Notes under the pieces: model-generated
The model's input: only the letters and a program-made list of their open reading frames with translations
What the model was told of the DNA's origin: nothing
Databases searched by the model: none
From: Basidiobolus meristosporus CBS 931.73
Lineage: Eukaryota > Fungi > Basidiobolomycota
Direction: 5' to 3'
Assembly: GCA_002104905.1 (NCBI GenBank)
Contig: MCFE01000428.1
Coordinates: 12,752 to 76,751 of the forward strand
DNA: 64,000 nucleotides
Part shown: one piece after another, positions 36,420 to 50,306 of the stretch
Layout of the letters: the number at the start of each line of letters is the position of its first letter
Position numbering within the stretch: the first letter of the stretch is position 1
Position numbers and translations under genes: made by a program

Positions 36420-39400
36420 TTACAGGATCCTGAGAGATTTTACCCAACAGCAAGAAGTTGTAATCAAGAAGGTCTCAATGGGAAACAACAGAACACTCCT
36501 TAAGTAAGAATATCTAGAATAGGAAAGCAAAGTACCATTATAGTATTAGCTGAGTTCCAACTCTCATGACAGTGATAACTCTCAATATCACTGGGACTAG
36601 CTTCTTTGCCGGAAAGAACACATCCTTTCCCAGGGATGACAAGGTCTACTAGCATTCATACCAAATTTGGTCTTCAGTTGCTTATTGTTTGCAATCAAAG
36701 TTGCAGCTGCAAATTTAAGCAAAAAAACCAGCTGAATACCAACTGAAAATCCAATAAAATCCAACTTTTAGATTTTGCATAGGGATCTGATGCACTTGAG
36801 CAGGCAGCAAACCAAGTATATTACAGTAGTAATGAAGGAGGCCTTATATATGTTGTAAAAATTCGTAATTCCACCTAAATATTCACCTAACTTAGTCACT
36901 TAGATCATTACCTTCAAATCCTAGAGAATACTGACCAAATTCCTTGTTGGGATTTACTTGGAATATTTTCACCAAAATACCAGGTACCCAGAACATGAAA
37001 ATTCTCAAAGTTGTCCAAACAGCCCCAAACTTTGCACACATGTTCTTGGGACCTTCCTTAACCTATTATACAGGTTTGTTATGCCAAGACCAGGTAAAAG
37101 TATAAATACTACTTTTACAATCAATAAATCATTATGTGAAAACCACATAATCTACTTGTTCTCCAAATCACTTCCAATATCTCCAAGACTCTTACAACAG
37201 GTTATGAGCCCCAAGCTGTCACTCTCTGCAATGTCTACTACTGCTATTACTGAAATTTTTCCCTCTGCTGAAAAGTTGGATGGATCTAACTACCAAGTGT
37301 GGAAGGTGAAGATGAAGATGCTGCTACAAGAAAGAGGCCTTTGGGATATTGTCATGGGAGAAAAATGCCCTCCTAAAAACGTGGGAGAGGAAGCCTTAAA
37401 GTACCAGAAGAAAGAACAAAGTGCCTTAACTGCATTTGCCTTAATGTCAAGGACAAATTGCTAATTCAATGCTCAAGAGCAAAAACGGCAAAGAATGCCT
37501 GGAAGGCATTAGAAGACACCTACTAGTCATGTTCAGCTGCCAAGAAAATGTATCTGAGAAGAAAATTCTTTACTACAAAGATGCTGCCTGGAGAAGAAAT
37601 GAAAAATCTATTTAACAGAATTACCCTGCTGGTAGATGAGATGGAATCAGTGGGCGTACCAACTACTGATGAGGATGTGATAGTTACCATCCTGAATAGC
37701 CTGACAGACAAGTTTCAGGGCCTTGTATCAGCCCTAGAGTCCAGAACTGAAGATTTGACCTTAAATTACGTATATGGAAGGCTCCTGGATGAAGAATTAA
37801 GAAAATCAAGCAACAATAAGAAGGAAGAAGAAAATGCTTTAATAAGCAATGATAACCAACAAAGGAGGTACCCAAGACCCTACAAAGGCAACAGCAACCT
37901 ATTTTGCAACTACTGCAAAAGGAAAGGACACACATCAGACCGGTGTTTCAAAAAGAGAGATTATCAGCAAAAGAAGCCTGAATATGGAAATGCTGCAACA
38001 ACTGAAGATAGACTATTCATATCTGCACTAAATATGACCACAAACAAGGATTCTCAGACGTGGTATATTGACTCTGGAGCTTCTCAACACTTTACACACC
38101 AAAAAGAACTTTTTACCCAATATCAAGAAATTCCAATTAAGAAGGTTTTCATGGGTGACAATAGAACACTTGATGCAGTGGGAGAAGGAACTATCCAAGT
38201 AAACCTTAGAAGCAGTGAAGGAAGCCATACACTGACCTTTAAAGAAGTACTCTATGTACCAGAAATAGCCAAGAACCTACTCTCTGTAAGCAAGGCCACA
38301 GCAGAAGGACTCAGTTTCAGTTTTGACAATTCTGGATGCAGGATCACTGATCAAAATGGTGCCCCTATTGCTTTGGGCATCAGAGATCAAAATCTATACA
38401 AGTTGACTTATATTCCATCATATCTGGAAGCCAATATAAGTAACTTAAATGAAGAAACACCAATGCTTTGGCACAGGAGATTTGGGCACATCAATTCTGA
38501 TTATTTGCGCAAAATGATCAAAGATCAGCTAATTTCTGGAGTGAAAATTGATCCCCCAGCTAATTTGGAGCACTGTGAAGCCTGCATATATGGGAAACAA
38601 GCCAGACAACCGCTCAAGAGCTCTGGGTCAATCAAAAACTAAGAAAAAATTAGATCTAATTCACTCAGATCTGTGTGGACCTATGCAAAATATATCCTTA
38701 GGCGGGATGAAGTATTTGATCACTTTTATTGATGATTATACATGATACACATGGGTCTACTTCATGGAGAGAAAGGAAGAAGCTCTGTCTAAGTTCAAGG
38801 AGTTTAAAGCCATGGTGGAGAGAGAAACTGGTGAAAAAATCAAGAAAATATGCTCTGACATTGGTGGAGAATATACCTCAAAACTCTTCATCCACTTCTG
38901 CAAATTTCATGGGATAAAGCAAGAGACTACTGTACCATACTCCCCACAGCAAAATGGAGTAGCAGAACAAGCTAACAGAACAATAATTGATATGGCAAGA
39001 TACAAGATCCATGATCAAAAATTATCCTATGATTTTTGGGTGGAATCAGTTGCCACTGCTGTATACCTTAAAAATAGGAGTTATAACAGAATACTTCGTG
39101 ATTCTACTCCATTTGAAGCATGGTATGGATACAGACCAAGTGCAGAACATCTAAGAATATTTGGGTGCACAGCATATGCCAAAAAACTGGCCAGAAATCA
39201 GTCAAAATTTGAGCCAAAAAGTGTAAAATGCATATTTTTGGGCTACTACAATGAGAGTAAGGCATACAGACTCTACAATACCAAAGCAAAGAAGCTTATC
39301 AAGTCCAGGGATGTGTTGTTTGATGAAAATTCAAAATTTTCACAAAAAATGACATCAGATGATGATGAAAATTTGATCTCAAGTCCACCAATTGTCAGGA

Positions 39401-42400
39401 TTGAATAAGAGCAAAACAATGAAAATTTTTTCACTCCAGAGGACTTTACAACCATGGTTCAGCCAGAATCAGTGCCCAGGAATATCCCAGAAGTGATCCT
39501 TCCAGTATCAAATGCCCAGAGATCCAATCGGACAAGAAATAGCCCAAATTACTATATTAATGAGGGTACAAACTTAGCCTATGCTTATTCAGTCCATGTT
39601 GATGAGCCCCAGACTGTAAAAGTGGCCCTAAATAGCCCTCAGACAAAGTTTTGGAGATCTGCAATGACTGAGGAATATCAGGCACTGATGGAAAATCAAA
39701 CTTGGGACTTAGTCAAATTACCAATCAACCAAAAATCAATTGGATGCAGATGGGTCTTCAAGACAAAATACAAGGCTGATGGTACAATTGAAAGATACAA
39801 AGCAAGACTTGTAGCCAAAGGATACTCTCAAACAAAAGGACTTGACTATACTGAGACCTTTGCACCGGTAGCCAAGTTTAACTCCATCAGATTAATATTA
39901 GCTATTGCAGCCAAATATAAGTTTTTTATTTATCAAATGGATGTAAAAACTGCATTTTTGAATGGAGAACCTGATGAGGACGTGTATATGGACCAGCCTG
40001 ATGGGTTTGTTAACCAAGATAACCCCCATTTGGTCTGCAAGCTTAAAAAGTCACTATATGGTCTCAAACAATCACCAAGAGCCTGGAATTGCAAGATAGA
40101 TTCTTATTTGGAATCTTTGAGTATCAAAAGAAGTAATGCTGACTATAGTATATACTATAAGCCAGATAGAGCAAATCCAGTTCTATTAGCCCTATATGTG
40201 GATGATCTTATTATAGCCGCCAATAACCTAGAAACATTGGAAGAGACTAAATCCAGCCTATCTAAGGAGTTCAAGATGTCCAATCTAGGAGAACTTAGTT
40301 ACTACTTAGGGATTAAGTTCTCCATAGACAGAAGTACCCAGACTATTACCCTAAGCCAATCCAAGTATATTCAAGATATACTAAAGAAGTACAAAATGGA
40401 AGACTGTAAACTGGCAGCTACCCCAATGGAGACAAACCTTAACTTGGTCAAAACTCAACCAAATCAAGAGAGCTTGGTGCCATCTGAAAGCCCTGACTTT
40501 CCTTATCAATCTATGGTTGGCAGTCTGATGTATATCATGCTTGGAACATGTCCAGATATCTCATATTCAGTGGGTGTTGTCAGCCAACATAATCAGAATT
40601 ATGAATCTGATCATATTGCAGCAGTTAAGTGGATTTTTAGATACCTAAAAGGAACTGCTGATATCTGCTTAAGATACACTTATAAGGATTCGGAACAGGA
40701 TCTTGTGGGATACTCTGATGCTGATTGGGGACAAAATTTGGAAGACAGAAGATCCACCACAGGATACACCTTTCTTTACTGTAAAGGAGCAATATCATGG
40801 AACTCAAGAAAGCAACCAACCGTAGCACTTTCCACCACAGAGGCAGAGTATATGGCAGCCTGTGAAGCTACAAAAGAAGCAATGTGGTTAAGAAAGCTGT
40901 TTACAGATTTAGGCCTATGTCAAAAAACGCCTATTACTTTATTTCAAGATAATCAAGGATGTATACAATTAGGTAGAAATCCAACTTTTCATGCTAGAAC
41001 CAAGCACATAGATATTAGACATCATTTCATACGTGAAGCTATAGAGAATAACTTAGTTAGCTTAGTTTACTGTCCTACAGATGAAATGATTGCAGACATA
41101 TTTACCAAACCATTAGCTAGAGACAAGTTTGAATATCTTAGGTCAAAATTAGGACTAGTCAGTATGAACATTTAGCTGAGTGGGAGTGTTGTAAAAATTT
41201 GTATTTCCACCTAAATATTCACCTAACTTAGTCACTTAGATCATTACCTTCAAATCCTAGAGAATACTGACCAAATTCCTTGTTGGGATTTACTTAGAAT
41301 ATTTTCACCAAAATACCAGTTACCCAAACATGAAAATTCTCAAAGTTGTCCAAACAGCCCCAAACTTTGCACACATGCTCTTGGGATCTTCCTTAACCTA
41401 TTCTACGTGTTTGTTATGCCAAGACCAGGTAAAAGTATAAATACTACTTTTACAATCAATAAATCATTAAGTGAAAACCACATAATCTACTTGTTCTCCA
41501 AATCACTTCCAATATCTCCAAGACTCTTACAACAATATATACCTTCAAAGAAGTGCACTGTGTTCCAGAAACAGCCAAGCACCAATCACCTCAAACCTGG
41601 TTACAGCAGAGGGACTCAGTTTCAGTTTTGACAATTCTGGGTGCAGGGTCACTAATTGATTTTGAGCAAAAGGGTTGTAAATCTACTAATATACAGAGTA
41701 AAGGTTAATTCCCCTTCTAACTTGCAGCACTGTAAAGCCTGCACATATGGGAAACAAGCCAGATCACCATTTGACAGCTTCTGCATCATCAAAGCAACAA
41801 GAAATTAGATTTGTTTACAACAACCTATGTATACCTATAAGGTGCATCCCAATGTGAAAAGAAGTATTAAGCCACATTTATATAAAACTACACAAGATAT
41901 AAGTGAATTTACTTCATGGAGAGAAAGGAAGAAGCCCTGTCTAAATTAGGGTGCTTAATGCCATGGTAGAAAGAAAAGCTGGTGAAAAAATGAACAAAAT
42001 ATGCACCAATTATGTTGGAGAATATATCTGAAAACTCTCAATCCTTTTCTGCAAAACTTATGGTATAAGGCAAGTGATCAATACGCCATACTCCCCACAG
42101 CAAAATGGGGTGTCATAGCATTTACAAAGGCCAAATATATATTGCAAGAACTGTGATCCATGTTTAGCAATCATCTTGCTTTTTTGGGCAGTATCAGTTA
42201 AGACCATTATGCCTTGAAAATCAGAGTAGTGCAGAGTATCTTGTTATACTGCTCCATTTGTGACATGGCATAGATATAGACCAAATGCAGAGCATCTAAC
42301 AATATTTGGTTGCATAGCATATCCCAAGAAACCACCCAGAAATTAGTCTAAATTTGAGCCAAAAAGTGTAAAAAGCATACTTATGGGCCACTGCAATGGG

Positions 42401-42920
42401 AGTATGGCATACAGAGCATACTATACCAAAGCAATGAGGCTGCTCAAGTCTAAGCATATGCTGTTTGAAGAATACTCCTATTGTTACAAAGAATGGTATC
42501 AGATGATGACAAAAACCAATCTCAAATCCACCAGTGGTCTTGTTTAAATCAGAATATTAAATTGCAGATTTTTTCACTGCAGAGGACTCTAAAACCATGA
42601 TGCAGCCTGAATCAGTGGCCAGGAGTATCTCACAAGTGATCATTCCTGTATTGCAAGGCAGAAAATGTAACTGCATTTGAAATATCCCAAATTACTATAT
42701 CAATGAGAGTACAAACTTAGCCTAAGCCTATTCAGTCCATATTGATGAGCCCCAAGCAGTATAAGTGACCCTAAATAGGCCTCAGACAAAGTTTTGTAGA
42801 TCTGAAAGGGCTGAGCAATATCAGGCCCTTGTGGAAAATCAAACTTGGGACTTGGCCAAAGCATCAATCAACTGCAAATCAATTGAATGTAGATGGGTCT
42901 TCCAGACAAAATACAATGCT
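36420..42920 (+). mobile_element. Old copia relic of the same family, split by copy 2 (36420-36850 and 41540-42920)
   Basis: agtagtaatgaaggaggccttatata|taccttcaaagaagtg aligns across the insertion to the copia segment SSEGSHTLTFKEV; decayed IN and RT-start sequence to ~42920. Confidence 0.8.
36851..41534 (+). mobile_element. Ty1/copia copy 2, full length but disrupted
   Basis: LTRs 36851-37199 and 41187-41534 (about 10 differences by eye), TSD ATATA (36846-36850, 41535-41539); frameshifts near 37430 and 38635, stops at 37523, 38743, 39406; RT-RH frame 39454-41175 still open. Confidence 0.96.
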
Positions 42921-45835
42921 ATTTGGCCGTAGACATATATTTCAGGAGTTGGCTAGGCTAAATAGCGTTCATACCAAGTCTGGCAATAAGCCACTCACTG
43001 CTTCCACAATGAATTACCACTGAGATTTATATCCCAAAAGCTCTCACAACACTACTCCATTTGAAGGCATCCCTCACTGAAACAACTTATGACTGCATCC
43101 CATGCTATAACAACTTTGGTAGATAGACTGAGCCCATATCAAGCATCGGAACTGGTTGAAAGGGGAAGATGATACACCTTGAATATTTGGGCCTATGTCA
43201 CATGATTTCTAACACCAAGAGCCCAAAATGGCCATGAAAATCCTATTTTCATAGGAACAGGGTAACCATTATGGCACTTGAATAATTGAGCCCATGGAAT
43301 GGTTCATTCAGACAATTATTGAGCTGGTTCCAATAGATCGAACGTACATCTCCGTGATAATATGGAATGCTGTCTATTCACAGCAAACTAAACAAATCAA
43401 CCAGTGTCAAGGGTCTTTGCGCCATAGCTTCGGCAACATATTCTCGTTGACCAATTTGGGAAACTTCCATCCCAATTTCAAATCCAAAGGCTCCAGAATC
43501 CAGGTAACTTCCGCTTATATTCTGATTACATACCCGTCATCACCTTGGTGTGTGCAGCGACTCGTGTAAAGGGGCCGAGATAACAGTCTACACCCAGGCA
43601 ATCACACGACCAGATGATTAGTGATAACCGTAAGGCCCCCAGGAGAAGTGATTATCTATCAAGTGAACAGCAAACCTTGGCTCATCTACAAGCTGCGTAG
43701 TGGAATCCGGTTCGATTGTCACCGATTGATCAATATAATAGGTATTCATGATCTTCCACGACCAAGAAATGCCAGATGTATACTGCCGCAGCGCGTTAGT
43801 CAAGCACAACGTGGTCAGCAGCTGCGCAATACGAGGGCCAATCTTCCACATATACGTGGTTACAAAAAATGATTTCAATGGGTAATCCGGTATGATTGAA
43901 CAGTTGACCCTGTGGAAATCATGCTACCGGTTGAATATTTATCTGGCCACTGGTACTGGGAAGGCGTGCCTCAACCGAAGTTTTCCGGATTCGGCCAGGA
44001 TGCAGACTGGTCATCATCTCCTTTGGAAAGGCGAAGGAATCGATGATGCGTAATGGGGAGCCCGTTATAGGAATGTTCGTTCCAACCCAAACCGGATCTC
44101 CCTACAATAGATCTAGTACTGCTTGGGCTTCCTCGTCCCCAATAATCCACACGCCCTAGATTCAGCACCGAGGTTGGGCTTTCTTGCCTTGTGAATATCC
44201 GTTTCGACGTGGAAAGGGGGCCCTTTCAGGAACAGAAGCCGTGAGAGATACGGTCCGATTCGATGGCGCTCTCGCGTCATTCATGCGTTCCTTCACATTG
44301 CATTTGGCCTGCAATCATGATGGACCCTTGGAGAATGTGATTACGCTCACTACAGCTTATGATGTCAGTATTTACAATGGAAATAGCGCCCTGGATGGGT
44401 TCAGAACTGACCATTGCATGAAACTACGGTCGGCAGATCGCTGATGATGAGAGGGTCCCTTCATTTCAGATACTACGCGACTTGCCGCAGCAGGGGATCT
44501 ACCGATCTAACTCATAGGAGGACTAGGAGACCCCACGCTGGTTCCGACGCTTATTTACGTAACTATCAACCAACCACACCTGGGCTGGCGGATTTTGCTA
44601 GCTGCTACCAGATCTGGAGTCTCTTTTGGTGCTGTTCAACCTTGGCCACGGCCAGGATCCCCAATTCTGGTAACAGAAATTGGAGGTAAGGTTCTATAGG
44701 CTGCGGGGAGATTCCAGATAGAGTGGCCTGGCATGTTAACGATGTATCCGGGTTCGGGATGGACACGACCAAGCAACAGCAAATCACTGGATACGCATAG
44801 AACGGTGTATTTGCATCGCCCACTAGCTTATGTTGTATAATGGGGTGCCACATATGTACAGCATGATGAAATAAATTTGAGCAGCGCCTAATCCTGTTGA
44901 CTCATGGGTGCTGAGGTGTTTCAAAGTAAGTCATTAACTGGCCTATAGGTTGTTATCAGATTGTCCCCTAATTGGTCAATCCTCTCATTTGGAGCCGCAA
45001 CCGAGACGCATCAGCAAGCCTGCACCGCAGCAAGTCATGATGGGCGGTATCGCTAATGGAGTTTGTTTAGTCACTTAGGACCCTGGAGATACTTGCAAAG
45101 TAGGCCTCCTTACAAATCGCATGTCTTCGCAGTGAGCATTATCATGTCAGCTGGAGGCCGGAGTATGCACGGATATCTTGCAATCCACTCAAGGACTCGT
45201 AGACGCAGCGGGTGACCCATCCCAACCCCTCCTCACAACCAAGGCTCGATCTGATTAACTCCAAAGCTCCTTGTAAAGCTTTCGTGGTCATTTACTTCGA
45301 CTTGATTCGCCCAGAGCAATCAGATTATCGGGAATCACATTGCCCCTATTTAAGAATAGCGAATCATCCAAGCACACTTACAGATCTGTTGGGCTCACAC
45401 TGAGAACCCAACCAGAGACAGCACAATAGTGATACCGAGAAAATTGATGTCGAATCGGTTAAATGAAATCCCAATTGATCCTACGGCGAATGCTCGTCGA
45501 TCACAGGTTGCTGTCCTAAAAGGATGAGCGATGGGGTAGCCACACCGCTTGTATTTCTCCATTTATAAGTTGATTTGAATTCTAATTGACCCTTCTTGTC
45601 ACTGGAGCAATAGATTGTCAAGTATTTTACCCATCCATCTGCCTCAATCAGATTGATTCTCGGGATAAATTGGGTCTTGTGAACAGATTAGTCATTTAAA
45701 ACCCTCCCAGTGCGTCCCTTTTCTTTCAGCTGTTTTGGAGTCGTTTCCAGTCCCAACTAATTGCTCTATTCCATTGGGGTACACTCTAGTCTATTGACTG
45801 AACACTCTTGGCCGGTGGCTACGTATTTTGATAAA

Positions 45836-47286
45836 ATGTCCTCGAAAGTAACCTCGACTTCCATGGACAAGACCATCCCTATTACTCCAGTGCAGAAGAT
45901 GGTCTCTGCTTGTAGCGGAGCTCTGATCACCTCAATCCTAGGTAAGTCCCTCAGTAGCCGACTCGAAGCGCCCTCTGGCTTACGCTCTGTCTCTCAGTTA
46001 CTCCACTTGACGTCGTAAAAACGCGGCTACAGTCACAAACACTGAACCAACGTGTCCCCAAGATAGCTTTTTGCTACGCATCGCCCTTATCGGTCGCTTG
46101 CATAGACACTTATCCCACAGTTCCACATAGAGGTTTCGCAGCCTGTCGCTTGAAAGGTCATTCCACAAGCTGTACACCCGTCTTGCGGATATGTGCCAGC
46201 GATTTTGCTGTCGAGGATGCGAACAAACAATTCAAGGGCACCTGGGTAAGCATTAGTTCACGGAGTAGAGGTATTCGTTTTCAGCACTAAATTGCTCAAT
46301 AGGATGGTGTTGTGAAGATCGTTCGTAATGAGGGCTTCACCAAGTTGTGGAAGGGATTGTCCCCTACTTTGTAAGTAGCACTTTCTGTACAAGCCGCTGA
46401 ACGGCGTACTAAGTTCGCACTGCTTAGGTTAATGCAAATCCCTGCCACGGCTATATACTATGTTGGATATGATCATATGCGGGATTTCATTAAGCTCAAT
46501 GTCAACGATCCTAACATTGATAAGTTCAGCCCGTTGATTGTTGGTTCCCTCGCCCGAAGTAAGTCTTTTTCATTGGAGAGTGACGTCCAAGTGCGTGTAT
46601 TGACTCTGTTTACAGCATGCGCTGCTACATGTATATCACCAATCGAGTTGATTAGAACAAGGGTTCAATCCACTGCTGCTGGTACTGGGTTATCAGGTAC
46701 AATAACTTGATTCTTGGAGTCGAGGCAGCCGTACAGATTTTCTGACTTCTTTTGTCCATGTTAGAGGTGATGAGTGGTGTTGCTAAAATGGTAAAGAACT
46801 CCGGAGCCTCCTCCCTTTGGAGAGGCTTGAGCCCCACTTTGTGGAGAGATGTTCCGTTTTCTGGTAAGTCCGGCATATTCATAGCAGCAATAGCTTCGAT
46901 TCTAACCATCGCGTAAAGGTATCTACTGGATGGGGTACGAGTCTATCAAGACTTCCATATTGAATCAGCGCTCTGAAGAAGCGCCTTTAACCCCTTCGGA
47001 TGAATTCGAGCTGGCATTTGTTGCAGGGGCCCTCTCCGGCTCTATTGCTGCTGTGTTGACCACCCCATTTGACGTGGCCAAAACACGCATTCAAGTTGAT
47101 TCATCCAACGACACGCTCGTCAACAGGAAACCTCGTATGTTCGACATCATGAAGAGCATCGCTCGAAATGAAGGCATCGGGGGGCTTTTTACCGGGCTGA
47201 TCCCCCGAGTAGCCAAGGTTGCCCCTTCTTGCGCCATTATGATCTCAAGTTATGAAGTAGGAAAGGCGCTGTTCCGAGAGGATTGA
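45836..47286 (+). CDS. Mitochondrial carrier, SLC25A39/40 (Mtm1)-like, 366 aa; exons 45836-45941, 45998-46245, 46303-46370, 46428-46558, 46616-46696, 46765-46863, 46919-47286
   Basis: Six GT-AG introns give a 1101-nt frame; three carrier motifs PLDVVKTRLQ, PIELIRTRVQ, PFDVAKTRIQ; family-like WRDVPFSGIYWMGYE and RVAKVAPSCAIMISSYE. Confidence 0.92.
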
Positions 47287-48199
47287 ACCCCGCCCATCCC
47301 TGCCATGTAAATTTTTATTTTCGCCCTAAGCCATCCGAAACCTCCTCCCCCTATCCACCTCAAGCAGTCCCTAATCAGCATACCCTTTCCTTTCCCCTAG
47401 CATGAAATCCTTGAACTTGGCAGCCACGCAGCTGAGTTCTCACCATGTTAATCATCGGCACAGATGATGTTTTCCCGAGAGATCAGCCATGTAATAGTAA
47501 ATAGTAACCAAATCTGCCTGAAGAAAACTCGCCATTCTGCATCCATTATCAATTGTAGAGCATCACAAGTAAATGATCATATGAAGCAACTTCTCGTTGG
47601 CCACCGGCTTTTCATCTCCAGCATCTTTCGCGAAATGAATGAGGCTCACAGACCCCTGTTTGCGTACCACTGTTGGTATCCCGTGGTTAAATTGGCGACA
47701 TGCATGATATCCCACTGGGCCTATTGGTGTATGACTCATTTAGGGTCACTGTATCACATTGTTTCTGGAGAGGAAAGTCGCGTAATTACGTATCATCTAT
47801 TGCTGCAGCTTCAGAGGCGGCGGGCGTAATACAATGCTTGACATTTCCTGAGGATTCACAGGACTCCGTACCATCACCGTTCATATCCGCACCGCATGTT
47901 TCCGATCGCCTCTAGACCACGACTCCACGTGGCAAACGACCTTTCACCACTGTGATTTTTCATCCAATCTGATAACACTGGAGATCGATGAGTGGTGGAT
48001 GGATGTGCATTGGTGCATGGATATTCATTATTCCATAACATTTGGGATGGCAATCGTTTTTAACCTTGAATTACAAAATGAGTGAACAAAGCCCTTCATT
48101 ACCTAAAATATCCACACCGTGGTGAATATGGATAAATACAATTTACACCTAAACTGCTCATATATCTCGATTTACCTCTTGACTTATTGCTGAGTTTTG

Positions 48200-49500
48200 A
48201 ATTATTTACTTAGGATTTGGTCCCTGATATATTACTAAGATCGGTAAATTGGTAAAGTCCTGGAAGCAGTCCAAGCTTCCAAGCTTTTCCAAATGACCCT
48301 AAACTGTATAAGTCACTTTCTAAGGCCTTTTCTGGGACAACATTACATTACATTTTTGGAAATTTCCAAAGTGCATCTCAATACTTCTCAGGATCTTGCG
48401 ACAAGTGGAGTGCAAAATATCTAGGTGAGCTCATGCCCTTCATATTGCAAGATTATATCGAGTGTTAGAAGTGATCTAGAGTACTAGAAGAATTGTACAA
48501 CAATCACTTGTTTTGTTGAGGTCAAGCTGAGTATTAATAGCTCAAGAAGAGCTTTGCAAGATGATGCAAAGCTTTGGGCTATGAGTGGTTCCAGGAAGTG
48601 GTGTTTAAAGCCTGGAGAGACTTTTAGACAAGTCTGTAAATCTTCATTACTTTCCACTTTTACTATCTCTACATCAACTAATTTCTTGCAGCTTACAAGA
48701 TACTTATCAAGATTATAGCCTACAAGTATACTGACTGAAATCTGAAGGTACACAAGTAGTGTATGTGCTCACTAAGTATATGTAATACCTCAGCTGCTTG
48801 TGAGACTTGACAAGTACAGATAATCCAGTAGTTTCCTGAATTTAAGCCTTGGATCACCATTTTGTATTGGTGAAGTACTTTGTCCCTCTACAATTTGCAC
48901 TTGAGGGAAAAGATTTTCTTTGTAACTGCTCTGCAGAATATGTTGCTACTAGAAAAAGCACTTCTAGCTTGTAAGATTTACTCTAACCCCAGAGCATCTT
49001 GTTGCACTGTGTTTGATATTTTTTCAATAATTGCTTTTGAGTGAGAGTTTTGGTGCCATTAGGAGTATCTGGCAGAGCTAGTATACTATATGGTTCTATC
49101 TGATAGTATAGTGAGCATCAAAGCAGCTTCTGTACCTTTGTGAGGTCTTGGTAAGATTAGCACAAGGAGTATGTTTGCAAAGATTGTGGTACCCCTATAT
49201 GGTTTTTTGAGAATAAGCATAGAGAATATATTGATGAGGGCTCCAAATCATGCATGCAAGGTTAGGCATCTGTTGGTTGGCATTCAGACTTATCACAATG
49301 TGGGCATTTATCATATTGGTATAAATATTCTTGGTGAATCCCAAAAAAGATCTTGAAATTGTAATCATAGTGCTCAAGAGCTAATATCACAGTGTCTAAG
49401 GCAATGCAGCTATCTAGCTGTAAGTACAAAATCTATAATACTTTTTGACCTGCTTCTCATGTCCACCATAAGAATACTTTGTTGAAATCAGGGCCAGAAG
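48200..49500. mobile_element. CpG-poor block, probable transposon relic (class unknown)
   Basis: Sharp CpG loss, stop-ridden frames; a DKCPHC motif on - near 49300 is only weakly suggestive of a DNA transposon. Confidence 0.25.
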
Positions 49501-50306
49501 AAATGTCTGATCATATATCATACAAAATCTTGGTTGTATGCTGGTTGAGCATTATCAGGGCACCATAGAAAAAGGTCAGCAATATCCAAGCATAAAATTT
49601 GATCTTGGGGAATGCACTTTCCATCATATGCGCATCAGAGCATTGATGCACCAAGTTCTGTCAATGGTCGACATTGATAATCCAATAAACTGGGATGTGG
49701 AATGGATGGGGTGCATGTGACACTCTAATCGCACCTCAGAAACATTGATACGAGAAGCCAATAGATTGAACTACATGAGTGGTGTTAGGTTACCATGTCT
49801 CATTTTAACGAACTTCCATGAATCGGTAGGAAATATTCGGTGAAAGCATCGTCCCATGGTTGCACTGTTTGTTGAAAGCAATTTCGAATTAAATGCACTG
49901 GAAGTGGGCAGGAGCAAACAAATAAATGATAGCCAGTTGAGTCAGGTTCTATGTTTCTCGAACCACTTGTTACGGTCAACTAGTTCACTTGTACTTGACT
50001 TGGTGGTTTGGCGGTTACATTTGTGACCACTTCCTCAGAACAACAGTAGATATCCCATTACTGAGAATGTTCAGAGGTTGCATACCATCTGCCCCATTCT
50101 ACTTTGGACAAAATACAATAGTACCGGTTTTCACTCAGCCTGAATACGCCACTACAACAGTCCTGATAAGCGCTTGAATTTGTGAATATGCTTAATGCCA
50201 CGTGATGACTATGTCCAATGCATGATTTATTACAAAGTTCGTCATCGCTCCATGATCAGCATAGAAACTGGATAGCAGTTCTCGCATCAGGGTGTGAAAT
50301 CCCTTT

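Noticed and set aside
43000-45400. CpG-rich stretch considered as an endogenous viral or pseudogene fragment
   Set aside because: Frequent stops in every frame I translated and no RdRp, recombinase or enzyme motif found.
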